Shown here in pieces: positions 1 through 8,626 of a stretch of 32,000 nucleotides of DNA. The stretch is from the NCBI RefSeq assembly GCF_000012925.1, contig NC_007517.1:1200001-1232000 (forward strand), given 5' to 3'. This DNA is from Geobacter metallireducens GS-15. GTDB taxonomy: Bacteria; Desulfobacterota; Desulfuromonadia; Geobacterales; Geobacteraceae. The notes beneath the pieces are model-generated. The model saw nothing but the letters and a program-made list of their open reading frames with translations. It made no database searches and was not told the origin of the DNA. A program made the translations under genes and the position numbers. Position 1 is the stretch's first letter. Each line of letters starts with the position of its first letter.

Positions 1-981
1 GTTGGCCTGCTGGGCGTTGTCGGCGTTCTGCTTCACGGTGGAGGTGAGCTCTTCCATGCTCGATGCGGTCTCCTCCAGGGCCGAGGCCTGCTCCTCGGTG
101 CGCTGGGAGAGGTCGGCGTTGCCGGCGGAGATCTGCTCGGTGGCGCTGGCGATGGAGTCGGCGCCGGTGCGGACTTCGGCCACGATGTGGGAGAGGCTGT
201 CGTTCATCTCCCGCAGCGACCGGAGCAGTTGGCCGGTCTCGTCCTCGCTGGAGGCCTCGATGGCGGCGGTCAGGTCACCGGCGGCGATATGCTCCGAGGC
301 GGTGATCGCTTCGCCCAGGGCCATCCTGATGCGGCGTGCCACGAAGTAGGCGAAGGTGAAGATCACCAGGGCGCAGATGAGGGTGGCGACGATGATCTGG
401 ATCTTCATGGTCATCACTTCCTTCTGCACGTCATCCACGTAGATGCCGCTTCCCACGACCCAGCCCCACTCCTTGACCAGCTGGACATGGGAGATCTTGG
501 GGCTCGGCGCCGTGGCGCCCGGCTTCGGCCACTGGTACTCCACCTCCCCTTTACCCTGCTCCCTGGCGACCTTTGCCATTTCCACAAAGAATGCCTTACC
601 CGTGGGATCCTTGAGGTCGTCGAGTTTTTTCCCTTCCAGTTCCGGCTTTATGGGATGCATCACCATGACCGGCTCCACGGTGTTGATCCAGAAATATTCA
701 TTTCCGTCATACCGGAGCTTGCGAATGTTGTCGATGGCCCGTTTCCTGGCCTCGGCTTCGGTCAGTTCCCCGCTTTTTACCTTCTCCTGGTACCCACCGA
801 TCAGGGTGACAACGGTATCGACGGTGCTCCCCACCATGTCCTTTTTTTCGGCCATGAGCTTCTTCTCCACCAGGGGAAGCACATAGAACATGATGCCCGA
901 AACGATGAGCACGATGGTTGCCACCGAGATGGCGAGGATTTTGGAGAGAATCTTCCAGTCTTTGAATGCTTTGATTTTCAT
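1..981 (-). CDS. Methyl-accepting chemotaxis protein, N-terminal 327 codons (3' end lies beyond the left window edge)
   Basis: Minus-strand frame is open from ATG at 981-979 (SD GGAAGGTG 5 nt upstream) to position 1. It is absent from the ORF track because it has no stop in the window. My translation MKIKAFKDWKILSKILAISVATIVLIV... shows an N-terminal TM, a Cache-like sensor (RYDGNEYFWINTVEPVMVMHP), a second TM (IQIIVATLICALVIFTFAYFV), HAMP, and the start of the MCP signalling domain (EQASALEETASSMEELTSTVKQNADNAQQAN). Confidence 0.9.
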   Translation of the reverse strand, partial: MKIKAFKDWKILSKILAISVATIVLIVSGIMFYVLPLVEKKLMAEKKDMVGSTVDTVVTLIGGYQEKVKSGELTEAEARKRAIDNIRKLRYDGNEYFWINTVEPVMVMHPIKPELEGKKLDDLKDPTGKAFFVEMAKVAREQGKGEVEYQWPKPGATAPSPKISHVQLVKEWGWVVGSGIYVDDVQKEVMTMKIQIIVATLICALVIFTFAYFVARRIRMALGEAITASEHIAAGDLTAAIEASSEDETGQLLRSLREMNDSLSHIVAEVRTGADSIASATEQISAGNADLSQRTEEQASALEETASSMEELTSTVKQNADNAQQAN

Positions 982-1009
982 AGGTTCACCTTCCTTTGAG
1001 GATTCTTGA

Positions 1010-1480
1010 TCAGGCTGCACTGTCCATGAGCTGCATCTCGCTGCTGCTCAGGAGCTTCTCGATGTCCATGAGGATGAGCATCTGGCCGTTCACGGTGCCG
1101 AGGCCGGTCAGGTAGCGGGTATCCAGGGCCGACCCCATCTCCGGGGCCGGCCTGATCTGCTCCGGCTCCAGGGCCACCACGTCGGAGACGCCGTCCACCA
1201 CCATGCCGATGACCCGGTTCAGCACGTTCATGATGATGACCACGGTGAATTCGTCGTAGGTGGGGGTGCCGAGGTTGAATCTGATCCGCATGTCGACGAT
1301 GGGGACGATAACCCCCCGCAGGTTGATGACCCCCTTGAGGAATTCGGGGGAGTTGGCGATGCGGGTTACGGCGTCATAGCCCCGGATCTCCTGCACCTTC
1401 AGGATATCGATGCCGTACTCCTCTGCTCCGAGGGTGAAGGTGAGGTATTCATGGGGGATGGTTCTTTCAGGCGTATCCAT
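1010..1480 (-). CDS. cheW: Chemotaxis coupling protein CheW
   Basis: 156-aa ORF with the typical CheW pattern: [25 protein letters not shown] ... [15 protein letters not shown]. Lies 26 nt downstream of cheA and 28 nt upstream of the MCP. Confidence 0.93.
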   Translation of the reverse strand: MDTPERTIPHEYLTFTLGAEEYGIDILKVQEIRGYDAVTRIANSPEFLKGVINLRGVIVPIVDMRIRFNLGTPTYDEFTVVIIMNVLNRVIGMVVDGVSDVVALEPEQIRPAPEMGSALDTRYLTGLGTVNGQMLILMDIEKLLSSSEMQLMDSAA

Positions 1481-1506
1481 AGTTGTGTATATCCTCCTGA
1501 CTGTAT

Positions 1507-3555
1507 TTATCTCATCCGGAGCAGGGCATGGACGTCCAGGATCAGCGCCACCCGCCCGTCCCCGAGGATTGTCGCGCCCGCCGTTCCCTCAACCTTGCGG
1601 TAGTTGGCCTCAAGGCTCTTGATGACCACTTGGTGCTCGTCCAGGAGGGCGTCCACCAACAGCGCCGCCTTCTCTCCTTCCACATCCACCAGTACGGTGA
1701 TTCCCTCTTCGGGCCGCGTGACCGATGTCTCCAGGCTGAAGAGTTCGTGGAGCGGCAGAAGGGGGAGGTATTCCCCCCGCACGTGGACGACGGTCCTGCC
1801 GTTGACCGACTTGATCTCCTCCGGCTTCGGCTGGAGGGATTCGATGATGGCGTTCAGGGGGATGATGAACTTCTCGCCCCCCACCGCCACGGAGAGGCCA
1901 TCGAGGATCGCCAGGGTCAGGGGGAGGCTGATGGTGACGCGGGTTCCGGAGCCCGGCTCCGACGAGACCTGCACCCGTCCGCTCAGGGCCTGCACGTTCC
2001 GCAGCACCACGTCCATGCCGACCCCGCGGCCGGAGATGTCGGTCACGGTTTCGGCGGTGGAGAAGCCGGGGGCGAAGATCAGCTGCCAGACCTCCTCGTC
2101 GGTCATGGCGTCGCCGGTCGGGATGCCCCGTTCGGCCGCCTTGCGGAGAATCTTCTCCCGGCTGAGGCCGGCGCCGTCGTCCATGACATCGATGACGATC
2201 CGTCCCCCCACCTGGGAGGCCCGCAGCATTATGGCGCCGACGGGATCCTTCCCTGCGGCCATGCGCGCCTCGGGGGATTCGAGCCCGTGGTCGAGGCAGT
2301 TCCGCACCAGATGGGTGAGGGGATCGGCAATCTTCTCGATGAGCCCCTTGTCCAGTTCGGTGGTCTCCCCCACGGTGTGCAGCTCCACCTGCTTGCCGAG
2401 CTTGGCTGCCAGGTCGCGCACCAGGCGCGGGAAACGGCTGAAGACGATGCTGATGGGGACCAGCCGGATCGACATGACATTCTGCTGGAGATCGCGGGTG
2501 TTGCGCTCCAGTTGCAGGAGCCCCCGGTGAATGCTCTCGAAGAGGACCGGATCGAGCACTCCTGCCATCTGGGCCAGCATGGACTGGGTGATGACCAGTT
2601 CGCCCACCTGGTTGATGAGCTGGTCCACCTTGGTCACTCCCACACGGATTGACGACTCGATTTCGCCCCCCCGGCGGCCGAAGGCTCCGGGCGCCGTTTC
2701 ATCGCGGTCGTAGGCGCGGCGCCCCATGGGGACGATGGCTCCCTCTGCCGGCGCGCTGGCGGGGGCAGGGATGTCTTCTTCTACGGGTGATGGCGCGGCG
2801 GTTGCCTGCTCGTCCCTGGTGCTGATCGTCAGCTGCTCCCGTTCGGCCACGAACTCGAAGATGTCCCGGATCTCCTCATCGGCGACGACCGTGTCGAGGG
2901 TGAAAATCCACCGGGCGTGGCAGACCTCGGGATCGAATGCCTCAAAGGGGGGGGCATCAGGGATCTCTGCCTTCACCGAGAGGTCCCCCAGCTGCGCCAG
3001 TTCGTTGAAGAGGTTTTCGAGCCGCACGCCCCGCTGGAAGATATCGTTGTCGGGGGAAAAGACGATCTCCAACCGTCGGAAGCCGGTCATGGGTTCGGTG
3101 GGCAGGACCTGGGGCGAAGGGGACTTTTCGGCAACTGCAGCAGTTCCTTCGATCTGGCCGCGAAGTCTGCGGCAGATATCCTCGATAACCGCCTGGTCAA
3201 CAGGGCTGCCGTCCCCGTGCCCCGCCAGCTGCATGGCAATGGCGTCGCGGGCCTCCAGGAACAGGTCGATCATGGTGGCGGTCAGGCGGAGTTCGTTGCC
3301 GCGCACCTTGTCCAGGAGCGATTCAAGCTCGTGGGTTACCACGGTAAGGTCACTGAAGCCGAAAATGCCGGCCCCTCCCTTGATGGAGTGGGCCGCGCGG
3401 AACAGGGCGTTCAGTTCCTCACTGTCGGGGCTCTCCGGGTCGAGGGCCACGAGGATGTGCTCCATATCGGCCAGGTGCTCGGCGCATTCCTCGAAAAAGA
3501 CGGCGTTGAAGCGATCGAGGTCGATGGAGGTGTTGTGGTGATCCGGGGCGGTCAT
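1507..3555 (-). CDS. cheA: Chemotaxis histidine kinase CheA (Hpt, linker, dimerisation, HATPase, CheW-like P5; no fused receiver)
   Basis: 682 aa. Hpt motif [16 protein letters not shown], ATPase motifs [16 protein letters not shown] and GRGVGMDVV, and a C-terminal CheW-like domain. The ATG overlaps the stop of the upstream STAS gene (ATGA at 3555-3552). Confidence 0.95.
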   Translation of the reverse strand: MTAPDHHNTSIDLDRFNAVFFEECAEHLADMEHILVALDPESPDSEELNALFRAAHSIKGGAGIFGFSDLTVVTHELESLLDKVRGNELRLTATMIDLFLEARDAIAMQLAGHGDGSPVDQAVIEDICRRLRGQIEGTAAVAEKSPSPQVLPTEPMTGFRRLEIVFSPDNDIFQRGVRLENLFNELAQLGDLSVKAEIPDAPPFEAFDPEVCHARWIFTLDTVVADEEIRDIFEFVAEREQLTISTRDEQATAAPSPVEEDIPAPASAPAEGAIVPMGRRAYDRDETAPGAFGRRGGEIESSIRVGVTKVDQLINQVGELVITQSMLAQMAGVLDPVLFESIHRGLLQLERNTRDLQQNVMSIRLVPISIVFSRFPRLVRDLAAKLGKQVELHTVGETTELDKGLIEKIADPLTHLVRNCLDHGLESPEARMAAGKDPVGAIMLRASQVGGRIVIDVMDDGAGLSREKILRKAAERGIPTGDAMTDEEVWQLIFAPGFSTAETVTDISGRGVGMDVVLRNVQALSGRVQVSSEPGSGTRVTISLPLTLAILDGLSVAVGGEKFIIPLNAIIESLQPKPEEIKSVNGRTVVHVRGEYLPLLPLHELFSLETSVTRPEEGITVLVDVEGEKAALLVDALLDEHQVVIKSLEANYRKVEGTAGATILGDGRVALILDVHALLRMR

Positions 3556-3887
3556 GCGTGTCCTCTGGTGACGTCAAGCATCGTCTCGAATTCGTGGCCG
3601 AAGCCGAGGAGCTCGATGCTGCCGCGGAGTTCTGCCGGGATATTGGCCAGAACGGGAGAGAAGCCCAGGAGCCTCAGATGGCGCAGGAGTATCGTCAGGA
3701 GCTGGCAGCCGCAGGCATCGAACAGGGCGACCTCCGCCATGTCGATGACCGGCTGCACCTGCTGCGGATGCACTCCGGAAAGGGCGGCCAGGTGCTCCGT
3801 CAGGGGGAGGAGCTGCTGCGTGACGCCGGTCATGGACCAGTCGCCGGTCAGTCTTATGGTCAGCGTTCCCGGGGCGTTCTCTGGCAT
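3552..3887 (-). CDS. STAS-domain protein (anti-sigma-factor-antagonist fold), translationally coupled to cheA
   Basis: The ORF track gives 3552..3905. I prefer the second ATG at 3887 because AAGGAGG (3900-3894) sits 6 nt upstream. The layout TIRLTGDWSM...VIDMAEVALFDACGCQLL...LRLLGF...LANIP..L...ELLGF resembles SpoIIAA/RsbV-type STAS. The usually phosphorylated Ser position reads Ala (FDACG). Confidence 0.72.
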   Translation of the reverse strand: MPENAPGTLTIRLTGDWSMTGVTQQLLPLTEHLAALSGVHPQQVQPVIDMAEVALFDACGCQLLTILLRHLRLLGFSPVLANIPAELRGSIELLGFGHEFETMLDVTRGHA

Positions 3888-3947
3888 GGTGGGCCTCCTT
3901 GGCATTGTCGGCCGGCTGAAAAGAGTGCCGGTTTATACGATACGCAT

Positions 3948-3963
3948 TGCAGCCGGAATGCCA
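3948..3963 (-). promoter_or_regulatory. Candidate sigma54 (RpoN) promoter for the STAS-cheA-cheW-mcp operon
   Basis: The minus strand reads TGGCATTCCGGCTGCA, with GG-N10-GC spacing exact against the consensus TGGCAC-N5-TTGCA. It lies about 60 nt upstream of the STAS start, directly downstream of a sigma54-activator gene. An AT-rich tract (3973-3990) sits just upstream. Confidence 0.6.
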
Positions 3964-4096
3964 GAGCGTACGAGAATAAAATTGAGCAATTACACTGTGT
4001 TGGGAGATGTGTTGGGGGGAAGGGGTGCGACGGAAGTTGCAGCTGGCGGGGTGATTGTTGGGGAAATAGGCGGTTGGCGCGGGTTTCCGGGGGATA

Positions 4097-4130
4097 TGCG
4101 CCATTGGTTGCCGGTGCAACAAATGGCGCA
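4097..4130. other. Nested palindrome / stem-loop between the regulator stop and the sigma54 promoter (enhancer-binding site or terminator-like hairpin)
   Basis: TGCGCCATT-GGTTGC-CGGT-GCAAC-AA-AATGGCGCA. The outer 9-bp arms (4097-4105 / 4122-4130) are perfect and the inner 5-bp arms are GTTGC/GCAAC. No U-tract follows on either strand. It is centred about 150 bp upstream of the -24/-12 element. Confidence 0.5.
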
Positions 4131-4134
4131 GGGG

Positions 4135-5553
4135 TTATTCGTCGGCGGTTTTTCTGTTGAGGCGCTTGTTGAGGGCCTGGCGGGTTATCCCCAGATGGGC
4201 CGAGGCTATCCCCTGGTTGCCGTTGGCGATGCTCAGGGCATGGGCGATAAGGGCATCCTCCGCCTCCTTCAGGGTCGGCATGCGGCCGGCATTGCCGGAC
4301 TCTTCCCTCAGTCCTTCAATGAAGGGAAGGGGAGATGTTTCAGCCGGGGAGCGAGGATTGCCGATCACCTCTCTGAAGCCGGCCAGGGAAAGCACCCCTT
4401 TTTCATGGCGGGCCATGGCGTCGAAAACCATGGCCCGCAACTCTCGAATGTTGCCCGGAAACGCGTAGGTGCCGAGGTAACAGGCGAGTTCCGGAGGGAT
4501 CGTCGGTTTCTGCCGGGAGAGGGAGGCCGCGGCCTCATCGAAGAAGTGATCCACCAGGAGTGGGATATCCTCCCGCCGGTCGCGCAGGGGGGGGATCAGA
4601 ACCTGATGGGCGCTCAGGCGGTAGTAGAGGTCTTTCCGGAAGCTTCCGTCCGCCATTATCGCTTTCAGGTCCCGGTTCGTGGCGACGACAACCCGGGCGG
4701 CGGCGTGGACCGGCGTGTCCGCACCCAGGGGGTAGTATTCCTGCTCCTGGAGGAGTCTGAGCAGCTTCACCTGGGATGACGGCTGCAGGTCGCCGATCTC
4801 GTCGAGGAAGAGGGTGCCGCCCGCTGCCTTGGCTATGAGACCCTCCCGCTGCCGGTCGGCACCGGTGAATGCCCCCTTGAGGTGGCCGAACAGGGTGTCG
4901 GAGAAGACCATGTCGTCAAGGCCGGCGATGTTGACCGCCACGAAGGGACCCCTACAGCCGCTGATGTTGTGAACGGTACGGGCGATAAGCTCCTTGCCGA
5001 CCCCCGTCTCGCCGGTAATCAGAAGGGGCTGGTTACTGGGGGCAATCGCCTCCAGATACTGGAAGATGGAGTGCATCTTTCGACTGCGGGTGATGATCGG
5101 GGCGAAAGCTTCTTCGTTGTCGAGCCCGCCGGTGAGGATGTGGCTGCTCAGGGAATTCACCTGGGAGCGGAGCGAGTGCATCTCCAGCGCTCTCCTGACT
5201 GTTGCCAGGAGCCGCGGCGGTTCCATCGGCTTGACGAAATAGTCGAACGCACCTGCTTTCATGCACTCCACGGCCATTCCCACCTCGTTTGCGGCCGTGA
5301 CCACGATGACCGGGATCTCAGGATGGTTCGCGGTGATCTCCTTCAGGAGCTCGTATCCCGGCAGGTGCGGCATGTAGAGGTCCAGGAGAACGAGGGCCAC
5401 CTCCTGTCGGGCAAGGATTCCCATGACGTTGCGGCTGTCGCTTTCCGTCAGCACCGGGGGAAAGCCGGCGCTCCGCAACGTGATGCTGGTGGTGAAGAGG
5501 ATTTCCTCCTCATCGTCCACCACCAGGATGGGAAAAGTCTGTTGATCAGGCAT
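4135..5553 (-). CDS. Sigma54-dependent response regulator (REC + AAA+ sigma54-interaction + Fis-type HTH; NtrC family)
   Basis: 472 aa. Receiver ILVVDDEEEILF...LLDLYMP, Walker A GETGVGKE, the GAFTGA motif (HLKGAFTGAD), and a C-terminal HTH (GNQGIASAHLGITRQALNKRL). Its start overlaps the kinase stop by 8 nt. Confidence 0.94.
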   Translation of the reverse strand: MPDQQTFPILVVDDEEEILFTTSITLRSAGFPPVLTESDSRNVMGILARQEVALVLLDLYMPHLPGYELLKEITANHPEIPVIVVTAANEVGMAVECMKAGAFDYFVKPMEPPRLLATVRRALEMHSLRSQVNSLSSHILTGGLDNEEAFAPIITRSRKMHSIFQYLEAIAPSNQPLLITGETGVGKELIARTVHNISGCRGPFVAVNIAGLDDMVFSDTLFGHLKGAFTGADRQREGLIAKAAGGTLFLDEIGDLQPSSQVKLLRLLQEQEYYPLGADTPVHAAARVVVATNRDLKAIMADGSFRKDLYYRLSAHQVLIPPLRDRREDIPLLVDHFFDEAAASLSRQKPTIPPELACYLGTYAFPGNIRELRAMVFDAMARHEKGVLSLAGFREVIGNPRSPAETSPLPFIEGLREESGNAGRMPTLKEAEDALIAHALSIANGNQGIASAHLGITRQALNKRLNRKTADE

Positions 5554-8506
5554 GGTTTCGTTCTCCGGCGGGATAGGCGAGCGGCAGGGTTACCGTGGCG
5601 GTGGTTCCCTTGCCGGGAGTCGATTCGAATGTCAGCGTGCCGTCGTGTTCTCTGATGATGGCTGCGGAGATGGAGAGTCCGAGACCGGTCCCTCCCTGTT
5701 CAAGCTTGGTGGAGAAGAAGGGCTCGGTGATCCGCTCCAGAACCTCCCACTGCATCCCTTCTCCCTCATCGCGTACGCTGATGGTGACCACCGAGGCAAC
5801 GGGGTCGGCGGATGTGGAGACGGTGACCCCTGCGTCCTTGCCGGGAAGCGCCTGCAGGGCGTTCATGATCAGGTTGATGACCACCTGTTCTATCTGCTGA
5901 AATTTCCCCCGGGCCAGCGGGAGGCCTTCGGCCAGTTCCATGCGGAAATGGTCGGTGTAGCGGTGAATCTGGTAGCTGAGAATCATCTTTGCATTTTCAA
6001 CGATGTTGTTGACGGCGATCGGCACGAAAGCCTTCGCGGTATCCTCCCGGGCGAAGTCCTTGAGGTTGTTGACGATGGCGCTGATGCGGCGCGAACCCTC
6101 CTTTACCCCGTGGAGAAGGCGGGGGAAGATTCGCTCTACCTCCGCGACGGGGAGGCCGCCGAGGATGAAATCACCATTTTCGGTGCGATGGCGGTCGAGG
6201 ATCGGGACGGTGTCGCGCCAGAAACTTTCGATGAGCGATGCGTTCCCCTGGATGAAGGTGTTGGGGTTGTTTATCTCGTGGGCTATGCCGGAGACGAGGA
6301 CGCCGAGGGAGGCCATCTTGTTGGTGTGGATAAGGTGGGCATGGGTGATCTGTGCCTCTTCCTCCATGCGGATCCTCTGGGTGAGGTCGCGGATGGAGCA
6401 GTAGACCACCTCCGTGTCCCGCAGCCGGATGATTTTGCCCCAGATCGAAGAGATGAGACGGGTTCCGTCGGACCTGACAACGCCGATGCGGTTAAGGTGG
6501 AAGGGGGTCGTATCATCGACGGGGGGGATGGCCGCGATGAACGGGTTGTAGTCGTCGGGCACGATGAACGACCAGGGGCCGAGCCAGTTGAGTGACTCCT
6601 TGTCGCGGCCGATCAGTGTCTCCGCGGCCCTGTTGGCATCGATGATGTCCAGGGTTTCCCGAGCCATCAGGATGATGGCGTCCTCATTCTGTTCGAAGAT
6701 CTCCCGGAAGCGGGCTTCACTCTCACGCAGGGCCTCCTCGGCAAGGGTACTTACCGTAATGTCCTTGACGACCCCCTGCATCCGCACCGGAGCCCCTTCC
6801 GCATCGAACTCGACCTCTCCCTCTGCCCGGAGATGCCTGATCTCCCCGTCAGGGCAGATAATGCGATACGTTTTACCGTAGGGTGCCTGTTCGTGCAGAG
6901 TTGCATTGATGGTATCGTTTACGGCTTGCCGGTCGTCGGGATGGACCGCTTCCAGAAATGTTTCGTAGGTCATGTTGGGCTGGCCGGGGGGGATGCGGAA
7001 TATCCGGAGAAGTTCATCGGAAAATTGAACAGAGTTGTTGAGAATATCCCATTCCCAGTTCCCCACATGGGCAATCTGCTGGGCCCTTGCGAGCCGGGCC
7101 TCGTTCTCCCGTAGCTTCAGTTCCGCCTCCCGCCGCTCCGAAATGTCCCGGGCGATGCCCGTGGTGCCGATGACCGTTCCCGCCTCGTCATAAATGGGCA
7201 TCTTGATGGTTTCGATCCAGACTCCCTTTCCGTTGACGTCGGCGAGGGGCTCCTCGGTGCGGACCTGCTTGCCCGACGCTATGACCCGGGCGTCGTCCTC
7301 GCGATAGAGGGTGGCCAGGTCGCTGGGCCAGATGTCCAGGTCAGTCTTCCCCACCAGGTCGGCGGGGAGGGTGCCGCATGCCTGGGCAAACGCCGCGTTG
7401 ACGGTGATGAATCTGCTTTCGATGTCCTTGAGCCAGACCAGGTCGGGAATGTTGTCGAGTATGGCCTGCTGCTGTAGGCGGATCATCCGTAGCGATTCCT
7501 CGGCCTTTTCCCATTCGGTAACGTCTCGCACCACCGCCTGAAGAACCGTGCGTCCCTGGATGGTCAACGCCTTCAGGGAAACCTCGGTGTCGACCAAGGT
7601 GCCGTCCTGTCTCCGGTGCTGCCAGGGGAAGATCCCGGCTTCCCCACCCAGGGTAGTGTTAAGCATGTGTCGGGCTTTTTCGGCGGAGGGGGTGCCGTCG
7701 GACTGCAGTTCCGGAGAGAAGTGAACAGGAGATCTCCCGATGATTTCATTGCGGCTGCTGCCAAACAGTCGACACAGCTGTTCGTTGCAGTCAAAAATAA
7801 CGCCATCGAACAGGAGAATTCCCTCTGAGGAACTCTCGAAGAGGGTCCGGTACTTGGTTTCGTTGTCCTGAAGTGCCTCAAGGTGGCGTTTTCTGTCCCT
7901 GAGAACCACGAAGGCCAGAACCGTAAAGATAGTGGATATGACCGCTGCGCCGGCGATGACATTGACCTTATAGTGCTCGTACCGCGAATGGAATTCGTTC
8001 TTCCTGGCACCCACGTAGAGTACGCCGATGATTTCGCCCCGGCTGTTTCTGATGGGGTCGTAGGCGGTGAAATAGGGGATGCCGAAAATCAATGCCTCAC
8101 CGCGAAAGGGTTTGTTGTGCCTGAAGATGGCGTCGTAGGCGGGTCCGTTCAACTTGGTACCGACGGCACGGGTCCCGTCTTCCCTGCGGATGTTGGTGGC
8201 AACCCGCGTATCACCCATGAAGACCGTCGCGGTGCCGCCAAAGATCGACTGGATCATGTCAGGGAGTTCGAAATTGCCGTTCAGGACATAGTCCCCCGCC
8301 ATGAGCTTGCCGTCGACAATCCTGAAATCGGTCCCCTTGGCCCTGAGGAGCCTCCAGAAGGTCTGGATCCCCTGTTCCTGCTCCACCTTTGCCAGCCGTT
8401 CCGATTCATCGCGCATTGCCGCCAGGAAGAGGAACGTGGTGATCACGGTAGCGCCGATGACAAAGAGAATATTCAGCGCGATAACGTTTACTGTGATTTT
8501 TCGCAT
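5546..8506 (-). CDS. Sensor histidine kinase with a periplasmic Cache-like domain, about four PAS domains, HisKA and HATPase
   Basis: 986 aa. Two TM segments flank a roughly 170-aa sensor (GGTATVFMGDTRVATNI...GIPYFTAYDPI). Repeated PAS-like blocks follow, then the H-box GIAHEINNPN and the ATPase motifs NLIMNALQA, DEGEGM and GGTGLGL. Confidence 0.93.
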   Translation of the reverse strand: MRKITVNVIALNILFVIGATVITTFLFLAAMRDESERLAKVEQEQGIQTFWRLLRAKGTDFRIVDGKLMAGDYVLNGNFELPDMIQSIFGGTATVFMGDTRVATNIRREDGTRAVGTKLNGPAYDAIFRHNKPFRGEALIFGIPYFTAYDPIRNSRGEIIGVLYVGARKNEFHSRYEHYKVNVIAGAAVISTIFTVLAFVVLRDRKRHLEALQDNETKYRTLFESSSEGILLFDGVIFDCNEQLCRLFGSSRNEIIGRSPVHFSPELQSDGTPSAEKARHMLNTTLGGEAGIFPWQHRRQDGTLVDTEVSLKALTIQGRTVLQAVVRDVTEWEKAEESLRMIRLQQQAILDNIPDLVWLKDIESRFITVNAAFAQACGTLPADLVGKTDLDIWPSDLATLYREDDARVIASGKQVRTEEPLADVNGKGVWIETIKMPIYDEAGTVIGTTGIARDISERREAELKLRENEARLARAQQIAHVGNWEWDILNNSVQFSDELLRIFRIPPGQPNMTYETFLEAVHPDDRQAVNDTINATLHEQAPYGKTYRIICPDGEIRHLRAEGEVEFDAEGAPVRMQGVVKDITVSTLAEEALRESEARFREIFEQNEDAIILMARETLDIIDANRAAETLIGRDKESLNWLGPWSFIVPDDYNPFIAAIPPVDDTTPFHLNRIGVVRSDGTRLISSIWGKIIRLRDTEVVYCSIRDLTQRIRMEEEAQITHAHLIHTNKMASLGVLVSGIAHEINNPNTFIQGNASLIESFWRDTVPILDRHRTENGDFILGGLPVAEVERIFPRLLHGVKEGSRRISAIVNNLKDFAREDTAKAFVPIAVNNIVENAKMILSYQIHRYTDHFRMELAEGLPLARGKFQQIEQVVINLIMNALQALPGKDAGVTVSTSADPVASVVTISVRDEGEGMQWEVLERITEPFFSTKLEQGGTGLGLSISAAIIREHDGTLTFESTPGKGTTATVTLPLAYPAGERNHA

Positions 8507-8566
8507 AAAGCGTTTGTTACAGGAATGTCCTCGATAACAGAGAATGGATGAAAACTGTGAAATGAT

Positions 8567-8582
8567 TGCAAGAGGGATACCA
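8567..8582 (-). promoter_or_regulatory. Candidate sigma54 promoter for the kinase/regulator operon
   Basis: The minus strand reads TGGTATCCCTCTTGCA with exact GG-N10-GC spacing, about 60 nt upstream of the kinase ATG (8506). It shares the extended -12 TGCAAT with the promoter at 3948-3963. Confidence 0.55.
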
Positions 8583-8626
8583 AAGGAGAAGGGGCGATTC
8601 GGGGGGAGGGTACCCGCGTCGGCAGT

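Noticed and set aside
187-999. 270-aa plus-strand ORF (and 2..349, 443..886) at the left edge
   Set aside because: It is antisense to the MCP gene, whose minus-strand translation shows clear Cache/HAMP/MCP motifs. The minus ORF is missing from the track only because it lacks a stop within the window.
2947-2954. Homopolymeric G/C runs of 8-9 nt (2947-2954, 14123-14130, 16633-16640, 19214-19222) as possible phase-variation tracts
   Set aside because: They occur in both coding and non-coding contexts, encoding ordinary Pro-Pro stretches in cheA and the HAD gene. They therefore look compositional rather than contingency loci. Only the SD-spacer case is kept, as a low-interest note.
2917-4779. 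620-aa plus-strand ORF, the longest plus ORF in the left part of the window
   Set aside because: It runs antisense across three well-supported minus-strand genes (cheA, STAS, sigma54 regulator) and the intergenic promoter region. It has a Gly/Arg/Ala/Val-rich composition typical of antisense frames in GC-rich DNA, no SD and no recognisable motifs.
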